A stretch of DNA of 64,000 nt, taken from assembly GCF_017348835.2 (NCBI RefSeq), contig NZ_CP071375.1, one strand, 5' to 3'. The notes below the pieces were generated by a model. It saw nothing but the letters and a program-made list of their open reading frames with translations, was not told the DNA's origin and made no database searches. The stretch is from Escherichia coli (GTDB lineage: Bacteria > Pseudomonadota > Gammaproteobacteria > Enterobacterales > Enterobacteriaceae). The position numbers and the translations under genes were made by a program. Positions 1 to 13,465 of this stretch are shown here, one piece after another; position 1 is the stretch's first letter, and every line of letters starts with the position of its first letter.

Positions 1-1
1 C

Positions 2-175
<174 letters not shown>

Positions 176-297
176 TGACTTTTCGCCGTAAATAACTCCA
201 GGTTTACGGCGAGTTTGTGAAAAGAGCGTTTTTTGATATTTTTTTGTGAGTAGAATTTGTAATGCTTAGACGTTCTTATTAACTCAAGGAGTCCGTC

Positions 298-1858
298 ATG
301 AGCAAAATATCAGATTTGAATTATTCTCAACACATTACATTAGCCGACAATTTTAAACAAAAAAGTGAAGTTTTAAATACCTGGCGTGTTGGAATGAATA
401 ATTTTGCCCGAATTGTCGAGGGGCAGGATAACACAAGAAATATCCTTGATCCTAAGACATTTTTGGAGTTTTTGGTAAAAATATTTACCTTGGGTTATGT
501 GGATTTTAGCAAACGCTCCAACGAAGCGGGTAGAAATATGATGGCTCATATTGAGTCCTCATCTTATATCAAAAATAATGATGGCAGTGAAATAATGCAG
601 TTTGTTATGAATAATCCTGAAGGGGAGCGAGCGGATTTATCTAAGGTGGAAATAGAAATTACACTTGCCTCAGCTTTTAATAATGGGATTCGTGAAGGAC
701 ATACAGCCATTATATTTTCACAACCTGATGGTTCGACTAATCCTTATGAAGGAAAATCCTTTGAAAGAAAAGATGAGAGTTCATTACACCTGATTACTAA
801 CAAGATTCTGGCGTGTTACCAACGCGAAGCTAACAAGGAAATAGCTCGTCTATTAAATATTCCGCAGGAGTTAAATAATCCTCATGACTTAAATTACTCG
901 CAGGTGAGTTGTAAAAACTCAGTTGATTCTACGATTACGGATTTATTAGAAAAACCATTGAACAATGCATTATTAGCAATAAGGAAAGAACATCTGCTAT
1001 TAATGCCTTATATGTGTAATGAATCGATTTCATACTTACTTGGTGAAAAATGGACACTGAAAGAAATAGATGCCCTTAACGCCTTAAATAATTATCTTAT
1101 TAATAATAAGAAAGCTACTGACAATGAAATTAATGACATCAAAGTTAACCTGTCTCATATTCTTATTGATTCCTTAGATGATGCGAAAGTTAACCTTACA
1201 CCGGTTATCGGTTCGATTCTGGAGACTTTTTTAAAATCCCCATATATTAATGATGTAAGAATACTGGATTGGTGTTTTAATAAAAGCATGCAATATTTTG
1301 GTGATTCTGAAAAGATAAAGTATGCATGCTCTGTGATAAATCATATTGATTTTAGCTGCGATCAATCTAAAATTAAAATAGCTGAGACCTTATTTTTTTA
1401 ATCTCGATAAAGAACCCTATGAAAATAGCCGTAAATTACAGGAATTGATTTGGGATAAGTTGGTTGCGTATGTCAATGATTTTAACTTAAGCAATCAAGA
1501 AAAATCACGCTTAATACTAAGGTTATTTGATGATGTTAAGTTGCTATTTAATGAAGTGCCTGTCAGCATTTTAGTAAATGATATTTTTTTGAAGGATTTT
1601 TTCATGAGGCAACCTGATTTTGCGAAGTGGTACTTCTATCAATTACTTAAGAAGTATGAGGGCGAACAGCTGTATCTTAATGAGTTAGGATATGTTTATG
1701 GTAATGAAGAAAAAACAAATGAAATTGTAAAAAAACATCCGGGTTATGTCATTAAGATTTTTGAAGAAAAGATGGGTAATGAATTAAAAATTAGAACAAG
1801 AATGATGAAAATCCTCCGGAATGGCAAAATCAATATATATGAATATATGAATATATGA
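298..1858 (+). pseudogene. yjgL: yjgL-like AT-rich gene split into two ORFs (298..1401 and 1382..1858) by a frameshift at a T7 homopolymer
   Basis: ORF1 has a good RBS (caaggagtccgtcATG) and ends at TAA 1399-1401 inside tattttttta; a second frame is open from 1382 to TGA 1856-1858; removing one T fuses them into about 519 codons. Confidence 0.55.
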
Positions 1859-1872
1859 ATATATGAATATAT
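1832..1872. repeat. Tandem 8-bp repeat (TATATGAA) x4 plus partial copies, overlapping the yjgL stop codon
   Basis: Direct reading: tatatgaa at 1836-1843, 1844-1851, 1852-1859, 1860-1867; TGA stop 1856-1858 lies inside the third copy. Confidence 0.9.
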
Positions 1873-2022
1873 TAATAATGAACAGTTGGGAAAATTAAAT
1901 CCTCCGGAAGATTTACGTATAGTAATAGAAAAATTTGGGTGGTAGAATAGAACTATTACTACATAAAATAATGTGATGCCGGGATAGTTTTGTATTTCCC
2001 GGCATCTTTATAGCGATATCAA

Positions 2023-3027
2023 TTATTTACTGAGCGTCGCGACCATCACCGCTTTGATGGTATGCATACGGTTTTCCGCCTGATCAAAAACAATGCTGGC
2101 GGCAGATTCGAAGACCTCATCAGTCACTTCCATTCCGCCATGTAGGCCAAACTCTTCCGCCATTTTCTTACCAAGCGTCGTCTGGTCGTCATGAAACGCG
2201 GGCAGGCAGTGGAGGAATTTGACCTCCGGGTTACCGGTCAACTGCATCATCTTGTTATTCACCTGATAATCACGCAGCAATGCAATCCGTTCCGCCCATT
2301 TCTCTTTTGCTTCACCCATCGACACCCATACATCGGTATAGATAAAGTCAGCACCTTCTACTCCTTTGGCTACATCTTCCGTCAGCGTAATATTCCCGCC
2401 ATTTTGCTGTGCCAGGGCGCGGCATTCCGTAACCAGCGCAGCTTCCGGCCAGCATGCCTGTGGCGCGACCAGACGCAAATCCAGACCGGTAAGCGCCGCA
2501 GCTTCGAGCATCGAGTTTCCCATGTTGTTACGCGCGTCACCTGCATAGACCAGCGTCATTTCGTTGAATGCTTTGCCGGGCAAATGCTCCTGCATGGTGA
2601 GAAGATCCGCCAGCAGCTGCGTGGGGTGAAACTCATTGGTCAGGCCGTTCCATACCGGCACGCCAGCGTATTCCGCCAGTGTTTCGACAATCTCCTGACC
2701 ATAGCCGCGATACTGAATACCGTCATACATGCGACCAAGCACGCGGGCAGTGTCTTTAATCGACTCTTTATGACCAATCTGGCTGCCGCTTGGGCCGAGA
2801 TAAGTAACACGAGCACCCTGGTCATATGCGGCAACTTCGAAAGAGCATCGGGTACGAGTCGAGTCTTTTTCGAAGATGAGCGCGATGTTTTTACCAGTGA
2901 GTTTGGCTTCTTCTTTACCGCTTTTCTTATCGGCTTTCAGCTTCGCGGCTAACTGCAACAGGCTGTTGAGTTCAGCTGGCGTGAAATCGAGTAATTTCAG
3001 GAAATGCTTATGATAAAACCCGGACAT
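2023..3027 (-). CDS. argI: Ornithine carbamoyltransferase
   Basis: 334-aa ORF with the STRTR carbamoyl-phosphate motif and HCLP motif; full-length match to recalled ArgI; RBS aggaggg upstream. Confidence 0.95.
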   Translation of the reverse strand: MSGFYHKHFLKLLDFTPAELNSLLQLAAKLKADKKSGKEEAKLTGKNIALIFEKDSTRTRCSFEVAAYDQGARVTYLGPSGSQIGHKESIKDTARVLGRMYDGIQYRGYGQEIVETLAEYAGVPVWNGLTNEFHPTQLLADLLTMQEHLPGKAFNEMTLVYAGDARNNMGNSMLEAAALTGLDLRLVAPQACWPEAALVTECRALAQQNGGNITLTEDVAKGVEGADFIYTDVWVSMGEAKEKWAERIALLRDYQVNNKMMQLTGNPEVKFLHCLPAFHDDQTTLGKKMAEEFGLHGGMEVTDEVFESAASIVFDQAENRMHTIKAVMVATLSK

Positions 3028-3051
3028 AGATCCCTCCTGTGGCTAACGTCT

Positions 3052-3091
3052 CAATGAATTAAAATTCAATTTATATGGATGATTATTCATT
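3052..3091. promoter_or_regulatory. ArgR operator: two adjacent ARG boxes overlapping the argI promoter
   Basis: caATGAATtaaaATTCAat and tatATGGATgattATTCAt, 18-bp palindromic TGAAT...ATTCA units about 3 bp apart, just upstream of the argI start. Confidence 0.7.
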
Positions 3092-3188
3092 TGCAAGTCT
3101 AAAGCATAAATCTTTGTCACAAAGGTGGAGGCAATGTCAGTGGTGTGTGACAATAAGAGTATCGGCAGGACATTAAGAGGAATGAGCC

Positions 3189-3605
3189 ATGGCAAACCCG
3201 GAACAACTGGAAGAACAGCGTGAAGAAACACGTTTGATTATTGAAGAATTACTGGAAGATGGTAGCGATCCGGACGCGCTGTACACCATCGAACACCATC
3301 TTTCCGCAGACGATCTGGAAACCCTGGAAAAAGCAGCAGTTGAAGCGTTTAAACTCGGTTACGAAGTGACCGATCCAGAAGAGCTGGAAGTTGAAGATGG
3401 TGATATCGTGATTTGCTGCGACATCCTCAGCGAGTGCGCGTTGAATGCCGATCTGATCGATGCCCAGGTTGAACAACTGATGACGCTGGCGGAGAAATTT
3501 GACGTTGAGTACGACGGTTGGGGCACTTACTTTGAAGATCCCAATGGCGAAGACGGCGACGATGAAGATTTTGTCGATGAAGACGATGACGGGGTTCGCC
3601 ACTAA
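3189..3605 (+). CDS. rraB: RNase E regulator RraB
   Basis: 138-aa very acidic ORF ([37 protein letters not shown]...) matching recalled RraB/YjgD. Confidence 0.9.
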
Positions 3606-3616
3606 TTAATTGATTA

Positions 3617-3652
3617 AAATGCCCGATAGCACACACTAGCGGGCATTTTTTT
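3617..3652. terminator. Bidirectional intrinsic terminator between rraB and yjgM
   Basis: Hairpin atgcccg...cgggcat flanked by an A-run and a T-run (aaaatgcccgatagcacacactagcgggcattttttt). Confidence 0.7.
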
Positions 3653-4154
3653 AGAGTTCGCGTAGCATCCGCACTTCACAATCGACATGGCCCGTGCAGC
3701 CAAGCGCATAGTCGATATGCTCAAAGCCCAAATGCTCATAAAGCGCAATGGCTTCCTTTAAAAAAGCGGTCGTTTCCAGATAGCAGCGTTTGAAGCCCAT
3801 CTCTCGTGCTTGCTCCATCGCCATTAAGGCCAGTTTTTTCGCCAGCCCTTTACCGCGAATAGCCGGAAGAAAATACATCTTTTGCAGTTCGCAAATGTCC
3901 GATTCACTACCTGCTAATGGCGCAATCCCACCGCCGCCGACCACTTCACCCTCGTACTCAACCACCCAATATGCATGACCAGGCTGACTATACACTTGAT
4001 ACAGCTCGTCAAGATTCGGATCGGCGACGGTGTAGCCTTTATCAGCGGTAAGACCGTATTCGGCGGATACCTGACGAATGACGCGGGCGATAGCAGGATT
4101 ATCCTGCAACGTCAGGCGACGCATTACAGGTGATTGCGGCGCAATGTTATTCAT
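3651..4154 (-). CDS. yjgM: GNAT-family acetyltransferase
   Basis: 167-aa ORF with acetyl-CoA-binding-like motif (RGKGLAKKL); position between rraB and yjgN as in K-12. Confidence 0.85.
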   Translation of the reverse strand: MNNIAPQSPVMRRLTLQDNPAIARVIRQVSAEYGLTADKGYTVADPNLDELYQVYSQPGHAYWVVEYEGEVVGGGGIAPLAGSESDICELQKMYFLPAIRGKGLAKKLALMAMEQAREMGFKRCYLETTAFLKEAIALYEHLGFEHIDYALGCTGHVDCEVRMLREL

Positions 4155-4346
4155 AGTTTAACCCAATAAAAATAAAGTAATTATACATTTGTTTAATACC
4201 ACTCTCTTCTTACGTGCGCAAGCGTCTTATAAAGCAATAAAGTTTTTGCCAGCCTATTACTGATAAGAGTATTGTAACGTGGCAGAACATTTTACTGTCT
4301 GTATCTATAAATTATATCAATGGATTTTTTAATTCAGGGAATTTTT

Positions 4347-5543
4347 ATGGCTCAAGTTATTAATGAAATGGATGTTCCGTCCCATTCGTTTGTTTTTCAT
4401 GGTACAGGTGAGAGATATTTTCTTATTTGTGTGGTGAATGTGTTGTTAACGATTATAACGCTAGGTATCTATTTACCATGGGCATTAATGAAATGTAAGC
4501 GTTATCTCTATGCTAATATGGAAGTTAACGGACAACGATTTTCTTATGGGATTACCGGTGGGAATGTTTTTGTTACTTGTCTTGTTTTTGTTTTTTTCTA
4601 TTTCGCAATCTTAATGACAGTGTCAGCAGATATGCCGCTTGTTGACTGTGTTTTGACTTTGTCACTGTTGGTTTTGCTTATATTTATGGCAGCAAAAGGA
4701 CTGCGTTATCAGGCCTTGATGACTAGTCTCAACGGCGTAAGATTTAGTTTTAATTGCTCTTTGAAAGGGTTCTGGTGGGTAACCTTTTTCTTGCCGATTT
4801 TAATGGCCATTGGGATGGGGACTGTTTTCTTTATCTCGACAAAGATGCTACATGCCAATAGTTCAAGTAGTGTTATTATATCTGTGGTTCTGATGGCAAT
4901 AGTTGGTATTGTTTCCATTGGTATTTTTAATGGTACTTTATATAGTCTGGTAATGAGTTTTCTCTGGAGCAATACCAGTTTCGGTATACATCGTTTCAAG
5001 GTGAAATTAGATACTACGTATTGTATAAAATATGCCATTCTCGCATTTTTAGCTTTATTACCTTTTCTCGCTGTTGCTGGTTATATTATCTTCGATCAAA
5101 TATTAAATGCGTATGATAGTTTTGTGTATGCAAATGATGATATTGAGAATTTACAGCAATTTATGGAAATGCAACGTAAAATGATAATCGCGCAGTTAAT
5201 CTATTATTTTGGGATTGCTGTTAGCACCAGTTATTTAACGGTGTCGTTGCGAAATCATTTTATGAGCAACCTGTCACTGAATGATGGGCGTATTCGTTTT
5301 CGCTCAACTTTAACTTACCACGGTATGCTTTATCGCATGTGTGCGTTGGTAGTGATATCCGGGATTACGGGCGGTCTGGCTTATCCACTGCTGAAAATAT
5401 GGATGATTGACTGGCAGGCAAAAAATACGTATTTGCTGGGCGATTTGGATGACCTTCCTTTAATCAATAAAGAAGAACAACCAGATAAAGGCTTCTTAGC
5501 CAGTATTTCACGGGGAATTATGCCTTCTTTACCATTTCTGTAA
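4347..5543 (+). CDS. yjgN: Inner membrane protein YjgN (DUF898 family)
   Basis: Hydrophobic multi-TM ORF; start placed at MAQVINEM with RBS aggga (the ORF track begins 27 nt earlier). Confidence 0.8.
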   Translation: MAQVINEMDVPSHSFVFHGTGERYFLICVVNVLLTIITLGIYLPWALMKCKRYLYANMEVNGQRFSYGITGGNVFVTCLVFVFFYFAILMTVSADMPLVDCVLTLSLLVLLIFMAAKGLRYQALMTSLNGVRFSFNCSLKGFWWVTFFLPILMAIGMGTVFFISTKMLHANSSSSVIISVVLMAIVGIVSIGIFNGTLYSLVMSFLWSNTSFGIHRFKVKLDTTYCIKYAILAFLALLPFLAVAGYIIFDQILNAYDSFVYANDDIENLQQFMEMQRKMIIAQLIYYFGIAVSTSYLTVSLRNHFMSNLSLNDGRIRFRSTLTYHGMLYRMCALVVISGITGGLAYPLLKIWMIDWQAKNTYLLGDLDDLPLINKEEQPDKGFLASISRGIMPSLPFL

Positions 5544-5547
5544 GAGA

Positions 5548-5584
5548 TAAAAAAGGCCGGAGCATTCTCCGGCCTTCGTTTTCA
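5548..5584. terminator. Bidirectional intrinsic terminator between yjgN and valS
   Basis: aaaaaaggccggagcattctccggccttcgttttc: GC hairpin with A-run and T-run on either side. Confidence 0.75.
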
Positions 5585-5596
5585 TCACGGTGTTGA

Positions 5597-8452
5597 TTAC
5601 AGCGCGGCGATAACAGCCTGCTGTTCAATCAGCTTCGCTTTCGCTTCCGCATAGCCTTCCAGCTTCTCACGCTCTTTCGCGATGACCGCTTCCGGTGCGC
5701 GGGCGACAAAGCCTTCATTCGCCAGCTTGTTCTCGATACGGCTGATTTCGCCTTCGATCTTCGCCACTTCTTTCGCCAGACGCGCCAGCTCATCTTCTTT
5801 GTTGATGAGGCCAGCCATCGGGATCAGCAGCTCTGCGCCGTCGATGATCTTCGTAACGGAAACCGGACCTTTGTCATCGGCAGGCAGCACGGTGATGCTT
5901 TCCAGACGCGCCAGGGTTTGCAGGAAGCCACGGTTTTCATTTACGCGACGTTCTGCATCCGCGCTGCAACCACGCAGCAGCAGCTCCAGCGGTTTGCCCG
6001 GCGCGATGTTCATTTCTGCACGGATGTTACGTACCGCAACGATCGCCTGTTTCAGCCATTCGGTGTCGGCCAGTGCGGCTTCATCAACCTGAGATGCATC
6101 GTACTGCGGGAACGGCTGCAGCATGATGGTGTCGGCAGTGATACCGCAAAGTACTTTCACACGCTGCCAGATGGTTTCGGTGATGAACGGAATGATCGGA
6201 TGCGCGAGGCGCAGCAGACCTTCCAGTACAGTCACCAGCGTATGGCGAGTACCGCGCAGTTCGGCTTCGGTGCCACCGTTCATTACCGGCTTGGTCAGCT
6301 CCAGATACCAGTCACAGAACTGGTTCCAGGTGAACTCATACAGAATGCCTGCAGCGATATCGAAGCGGAAGCTGTCCAGCGCTTCGCGGTACGCTTTGAT
6401 GGTCTGGTTGAACTCTGCCAGAATCCAGCGGTCCGCCAGCGACAGTGTCATTTCGCCGCCGTTAAAGCCGCAATCCTGACCTTCTGTGTTCATCAGCACA
6501 AAGCGGCTGGCGTTCCACAGCTTGTTACAGAAGTTACGGTAACCTTCCAGGCGCTTCATATCCCAGTTGATGTCACGACCGGTAGACGCCAGCGCCGCCA
6601 GGGTGAAGCGCAGGGCATCGGTGCCGTGCGGCTCAATGCCGTTCGGGAACTGTTTCTCGGTGCGCTTACGGATTTTGTCCGCCAGCTGCGGCTGCATCAT
6701 ATTGCCGGTACGTTTTTCCAGCAGTTCTGGCAGCGAAATACCGTCAACCATATCCAGCGGGTCGATAACGTTACCCTTGGATTTGGACATTTTCTGGCCT
6801 TCGTCGTCACGAATCAGACCGGTCATGTAAACAGTGTGGAACGGCACCTGCGGTTTGCCATTTTCATCTTTGATGAAGTGCATGGTCATCATGATCATGC
6901 GGGCAATCCAGAAGAAGATGATGTCGAAGCCGGATACCATCACGCTGGTTGGGTGGAACTGACGCAGGGCGTCGGTGTTTTCCGGCCAGCCAAGGGTAGA
7001 GAAGGTCCACAGCGCAGAAGAGAACCAGGTGTCGAGAACGTCTTCGTCCTGACGCAGGGCAACGTCGGCACCGAGGTTATTTTCCTTGCGCACTTCTTCT
7101 TCGTTGCGGCCAACATAAACATTACCCGCTTCGTCATACCATGCCGGGATACGGTGACCCCACCACAGCTGACGAGAGATACACCAGTCCTGAATATCGC
7201 GCATCCAGGAGAAATACATGTTTTCGTACTGCTTCGGTACGAACTGAATGTCGCCGTTCTCAACCGCTTCAACCGCCGGTTTCGCCAGTACATCGGCACG
7301 CACGTACCACTGGTCGGTCAGCATTGGTTCGATAACTACGCCGCCACGGTCGCCGTAAGGAACGGTCAGGTCGTGCGGTTTAATTTCTTCCAGCAGGCCG
7401 AGTGCGTCAACCGCAGCAACGACTGCTTTACGTGCGGCAAAACGCTCCAGTTTCTGGAATTCTGCCGGGATCTCGCTGGAATAAACGTCAGATTCGTTAC
7501 CTTTGGTATCGAACACCTGGGCGCTTTCACGGATATCGCCGTCAAAGGTCAGGATGTTGATCATCGGCAGGGCGTGACGTTTACCGACTTCATAGTCGTT
7601 AAAGTCGTGCGCCGGGGTGATCTTCACGCAGCCGGTGCCTTTTTCCATGTCGGCGTGTTCGTCGCCAACGATCGGAATACGACGGTTAACCAGCGGTAGA
7701 ATGACATATTTGCCAATCAGGTCTTTGTAACGCGGATCTTCCGGGTTAACGGCTACACCGGTATCGCCCAGCAGGGTTTCCGGACGGGTAGTCGCAACCA
7801 CCAGGTAATCTTTACCGTCTGCGGTTTTCGCACCGTCAGCCAGCGGATAGCGGATGTGCCACATCGAACCTTTCGATTCGCGGTTTTCCACTTCCAGGTC
7901 AGAGATAGCGGTGCGCAGTTTCGGGTCCCAGTTTACCAGGCGTTTGCCACGGTAAATCAGGTCTTCTTTATACAGACGAACGAAAACTTCTTTCACCGCA
8001 TTGGACAGGCCTTCGTCCATCGTGAAGCGTTCACGCTCCCAGTCCACGGAGTTGCCGAGACGGCGCATCTGACGGGTAATGGTGCCGCCGGATTCCGCTT
8101 TCCATTCCCAAATTTTGTCGATGAAAGCTTCGCGGCCGTAGTCGTGACGGGTTTTACCTTCTTCTGCGGCAATCTTGCGCTCAACGACCATCTGGGTAGC
8201 GATCCCGGCGTGGTCAGTACCGACCTGCCACAGGGTGTTTTTGCCCTGCATGCGCTGATAGCGGATCATGGTATCCATGATGGTTTGCTGGAAGGCGTGA
8301 CCCATATGCAAACTGCCGGTGACGTTCGGCGGCGGGATCATGATGCAGAAACTTTCCTGGCTTTCATCGCCATTAGGCTTAAAGTAGCCCTGCTTTTCCC
8401 AGTGCTCGTAAAGCGGCTGTTCGATATCTTGTGGGTTATATGTCTTTTCCAT
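5597..8452 (-). CDS. valS: Valine--tRNA ligase
   Basis: 951-aa ORF with class I aaRS HIGH ([12 protein letters not shown]) and KMSKS motifs and a C-terminal coiled coil. Confidence 0.97.
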
Positions 8453-8895
8453 TATTTCCAGGTTGCCGTATTCAGGTTGAAACCAGCCACGCGGTAGGCT
8501 TTATAGCGTTCGCGCGCCAGTTGTTTCAGAGAATCTTCATAAGGAACGAAGTCTACCACTTCTGTGAAAGCGGTGGCAAAATCTGCAAAGCTTGTTCGCA
8601 GACTAATCAATATATCGCGCGGGCTGCTGCTGCGTTTTTGCGGCCAGGCGATCTCCACCGGCGCACCGCCGCGCGGTCCTTCTCCCGCTAAATTATGCGG
8701 AACAAAGCTTTCTGCCGGACGCGCCCACAGGGCTTCATCCAGCCGGTAAGCCTGCTTTTCATCTTCACAGGCGATGAGCACGCGCTTACCGCTGCGCCAA
8801 CGTTCTGCGGCAATTTCACACACCAGTTGCTCAACGGCGCTTAAGCCATCGACGGTGGTGTCATTGTCCAGAAGGTAGAACGTCGCGTTTTTCAT
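8452..8895 (-). CDS. holC: DNA polymerase III chi subunit
   Basis: 147-aa ORF ([46 protein letters not shown]...) whose stop overlaps the valS start. Confidence 0.9.
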
Positions 8896-8929
8896 ATATG
8901 GGGCTTCTTGTGGTGGATTTAAATACGCA

Positions 8930-10859
<1,930 letters not shown>

Positions 10860-11122
10860 CTACGCTCCTGAATCTTAAAGACAACGGCGGTGGCTACAGA
10901 TAGAATTGCAAGCTTTCGTAACTCATGTCCGCTGTTGCGATGACTTCGTGTTAATCTTAACGTTATTACGGCATTGGCACGTCAGAACAAAATCTGAGAG
11001 GTGAATCCGTTGAGTATAATTATCTTAGCGACGATTTCGACGACTCAAGAGAATAAATGACGTTTAAGCCATGAAACAAGCTAAAATCCTGCAAAAGACG
11101 AGTTTTTACGGGCGTATTTAAA

Positions 11123-12223
11123 GTGATAATCATAAGATATCTGGTGCGGGAGACGCTCAAAAGCCAGCTGGCGATACTCTTCATCTTGCTTTTGATCTTC
11201 TTCTGTCAAAAGTTAGTGAGGATCCTCGGCGCAGCGGTTGACGGCGATATTCCGGCGAATCTGGTGCTCTCCCTTCTCGGGTTGGGCGTGCCGGAAATGG
11301 CGCAGCTTATCCTGCCATTAAGCCTGTTCCTCGGGCTGCTGATGACGCTGGGCAAACTGTATACCGAAAGTGAAATTACGGTAATGCATGCCTGCGGCCT
11401 GAGCAAAGCGGTTCTGGTGAAAGCGGCAATGATCCTTGCGGTATTCACGGCAATCGTCGCGGCGGTTAACGTGATGTGGGCGGGACCGTGGTCATCGCGT
11501 CATCAGGATGAAGTGTTAGCAGAAGCGAAAGCGAACCCTGGCATGGCGGCGCTGGCGCAAGGGCAATTCCAGCAAGCGACTAATGGCAGCTCGGTGCTGT
11601 TCATCGAAAGCGTTGACGGCAGCGATTTCAAAGATGTGTTCCTCGCACAAATTCGACCAAAAGGTAATGCACGTCCTTCTGTGGTGGTGGCCGATTCCGG
11701 ACATTTAACCCAGCTGCGCGACGGCTCCCAGGTCGTCACTCTCAACCAGGGAACGCGCTTCGAAGGCACTGCACTGTTACGTGATTTCCGCATTACGGAT
11801 TTCCAGGATTATCAGGCGATCATTGGTCACCAGGCGGTGGCGCTCGACCCGAACGATACCGACCAGATGGACATGTGCACATTGTGGAACACTGACACCG
11901 ATCGTGCTCGCGCAGAACTGAACTGGCGTATCACGTTGGTATTCACCGTGTTTATGATGGCACTTATGGTCGTACCGCTGAGCGTGGTTAACCCACGTCA
12001 GGGACGCGTACTGTCGATGCTGCCAGCCATGCTGCTGTATCTACTTTTCTTCCTGATCCAGACCTCCCTGAAATCGAACGGCGGTAAAGGTAAGCTGGAC
12101 CCGACGCTGTGGATGTGGACCGTTAACCTGATTTATCTGGCTTTGGCGATTGTTCTCAACCTTTGGGACACCGTGCCGGTCCGCCGCCTGCGCGCCAGTT
12201 TTTCGCGTAAAGGAGCGGTGTGA
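11123..12223 (+). CDS. lptF: LPS export ABC transporter permease LptF
   Basis: 366-aa membrane ORF (MIIIRYLVRETLKSQLAILFILLLIFF...) immediately upstream of and overlapping lptG. Confidence 0.9.
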   Translation: MIIIRYLVRETLKSQLAILFILLLIFFCQKLVRILGAAVDGDIPANLVLSLLGLGVPEMAQLILPLSLFLGLLMTLGKLYTESEITVMHACGLSKAVLVKAAMILAVFTAIVAAVNVMWAGPWSSRHQDEVLAEAKANPGMAALAQGQFQQATNGSSVLFIESVDGSDFKDVFLAQIRPKGNARPSVVVADSGHLTQLRDGSQVVTLNQGTRFEGTALLRDFRITDFQDYQAIIGHQAVALDPNDTDQMDMCTLWNTDTDRARAELNWRITLVFTVFMMALMVVPLSVVNPRQGRVLSMLPAMLLYLLFFLIQTSLKSNGGKGKLDPTLWMWTVNLIYLALAIVLNLWDTVPVRRLRASFSRKGAV

Positions 12224-13305
12224 TGCAACCTTTTGGCGTACTTGACCGCTATATCGGTAAAACTATTTTCACCACCATCATGATGACGCTGTTCATGCTG
12301 GTGTCGCTGTCGGGCATTATCAAATTTGTCGATCAGTTGAAAAAAGCCGGGCAGGGGAGTTACGACGCGTTAGGCGCAGGAATGTATACCTTGCTGAGCG
12401 TGCCGAAAGATGTGCAAATCTTCTTCCCGATGGCGGCTCTGCTTGGGGCGTTGCTTGGTCTTGGGATGCTGGCGCAGCGCAGCGAACTGGTGGTGATGCA
12501 GGCTTCTGGTTTTACCCGTATGCAGGTGGCGCTGTCGGTGATGAAAACCGCCATTCCGCTGGTCTTGCTGACGATGGCGATTGGCGAATGGGTCGCGCCG
12601 CAGGGCGAGCAGATGGCGCGTAACTACCGTGCGCAGGCGATGTACGGCGGCTCGTTGCTCTCTACCCAGCAAGGCTTATGGGCGAAAGATGGCAACAACT
12701 TCGTCTACATTGAGCGGGTTAAAGGTGACGAAGAGTTAGGTGGCATCAGCATTTATGCCTTTAACGAAAATCGTCGTCTGCAATCCGTACGCTATGCCGC
12801 TACTGCGAAGTTTGACCCGGAACATAAAGTCTGGCGTCTGTCGCAGGTTGATGAATCTGATCTGACCAATCCGAAACAGATTACCGGTTCGCAGACGGTG
12901 AGCGGCACCTGGAAAACCAACCTCACGCCTGACAAACTGGGCGTGGTGGCGCTGGATCCGGATGCACTCTCTATCAGCGGTTTGCACAACTATGTGAAGT
13001 ATCTGAAATCGAGCGGTCAGGATGCCGGACGTTATCAGCTCAACATGTGGAGCAAAATCTTCCAGCCGCTATCCGTGGCGGTGATGATGCTGATGGCGCT
13101 GTCGTTCATCTTTGGCCCACTGCGTAGCGTACCGATGGGTGTGCGTGTGGTCACCGGTATCAGCTTCGGTTTTGTCTTCTATGTACTGGACCAGATCTTC
13201 GGCCCGCTGACGTTGGTTTATGGCATCCCGCCGATCATCGGCGCACTGTTGCCAAGCGCCAGCTTCTTCTTAATCAGCCTGTGGCTGTTAATGAGAAAAT
13301 CGTAA
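12220..13305 (+). CDS. lptG: LPS export ABC transporter permease LptG
   Basis: 361-aa membrane ORF overlapping the lptF stop by 4 bp (atga). Confidence 0.9.
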   Translation: MMQPFGVLDRYIGKTIFTTIMMTLFMLVSLSGIIKFVDQLKKAGQGSYDALGAGMYTLLSVPKDVQIFFPMAALLGALLGLGMLAQRSELVVMQASGFTRMQVALSVMKTAIPLVLLTMAIGEWVAPQGEQMARNYRAQAMYGGSLLSTQQGLWAKDGNNFVYIERVKGDEELGGISIYAFNENRRLQSVRYAATAKFDPEHKVWRLSQVDESDLTNPKQITGSQTVSGTWKTNLTPDKLGVVALDPDALSISGLHNYVKYLKSSGQDAGRYQLNMWSKIFQPLSVAVMMLMALSFIFGPLRSVPMGVRVVTGISFGFVFYVLDQIFGPLTLVYGIPPIIGALLPSASFFLISLWLLMRKS

Positions 13306-13318
13306 CCGAATGAACGAA

Positions 13319-13347
13319 TAAAGGGAGCGAAAGCTCCCTTTATTATT
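13319..13347 (+). terminator. Intrinsic terminator after lptG
   Basis: aagggagcgaaagctccctttattatt: hairpin followed by a T-rich tract. Confidence 0.7.
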
Positions 13348-13408
13348 GTTAGCAAAGTGTGCTTCGTTCATGCCTGAAAAATCATGAAAATCCAATATAT
13401 TGCAGTGG

Positions 13409-13446
13409 TGTAGGCATGATAAGACGCGCCAGCGTCGCATCAGGCA
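13409..13446. repeat. REP element
   Basis: gtaggcatgataagacgcgccagcgtcgcatcaggc, the palindromic REP consensus. Confidence 0.75.
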
Positions 13447-13465
13447 AAGACAAATCGCGCCTGAC

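Noticed and set aside
2191..2952. 253-aa ORF antisense to argI
   Set aside because: Completely embedded in argI on the opposite strand; no independent support.
5918..7699. 593-aa ORF on the plus strand
   Set aside because: Lies entirely antisense to valS with no RBS or family resemblance; a long antisense frame inside a highly expressed GC-rich gene.
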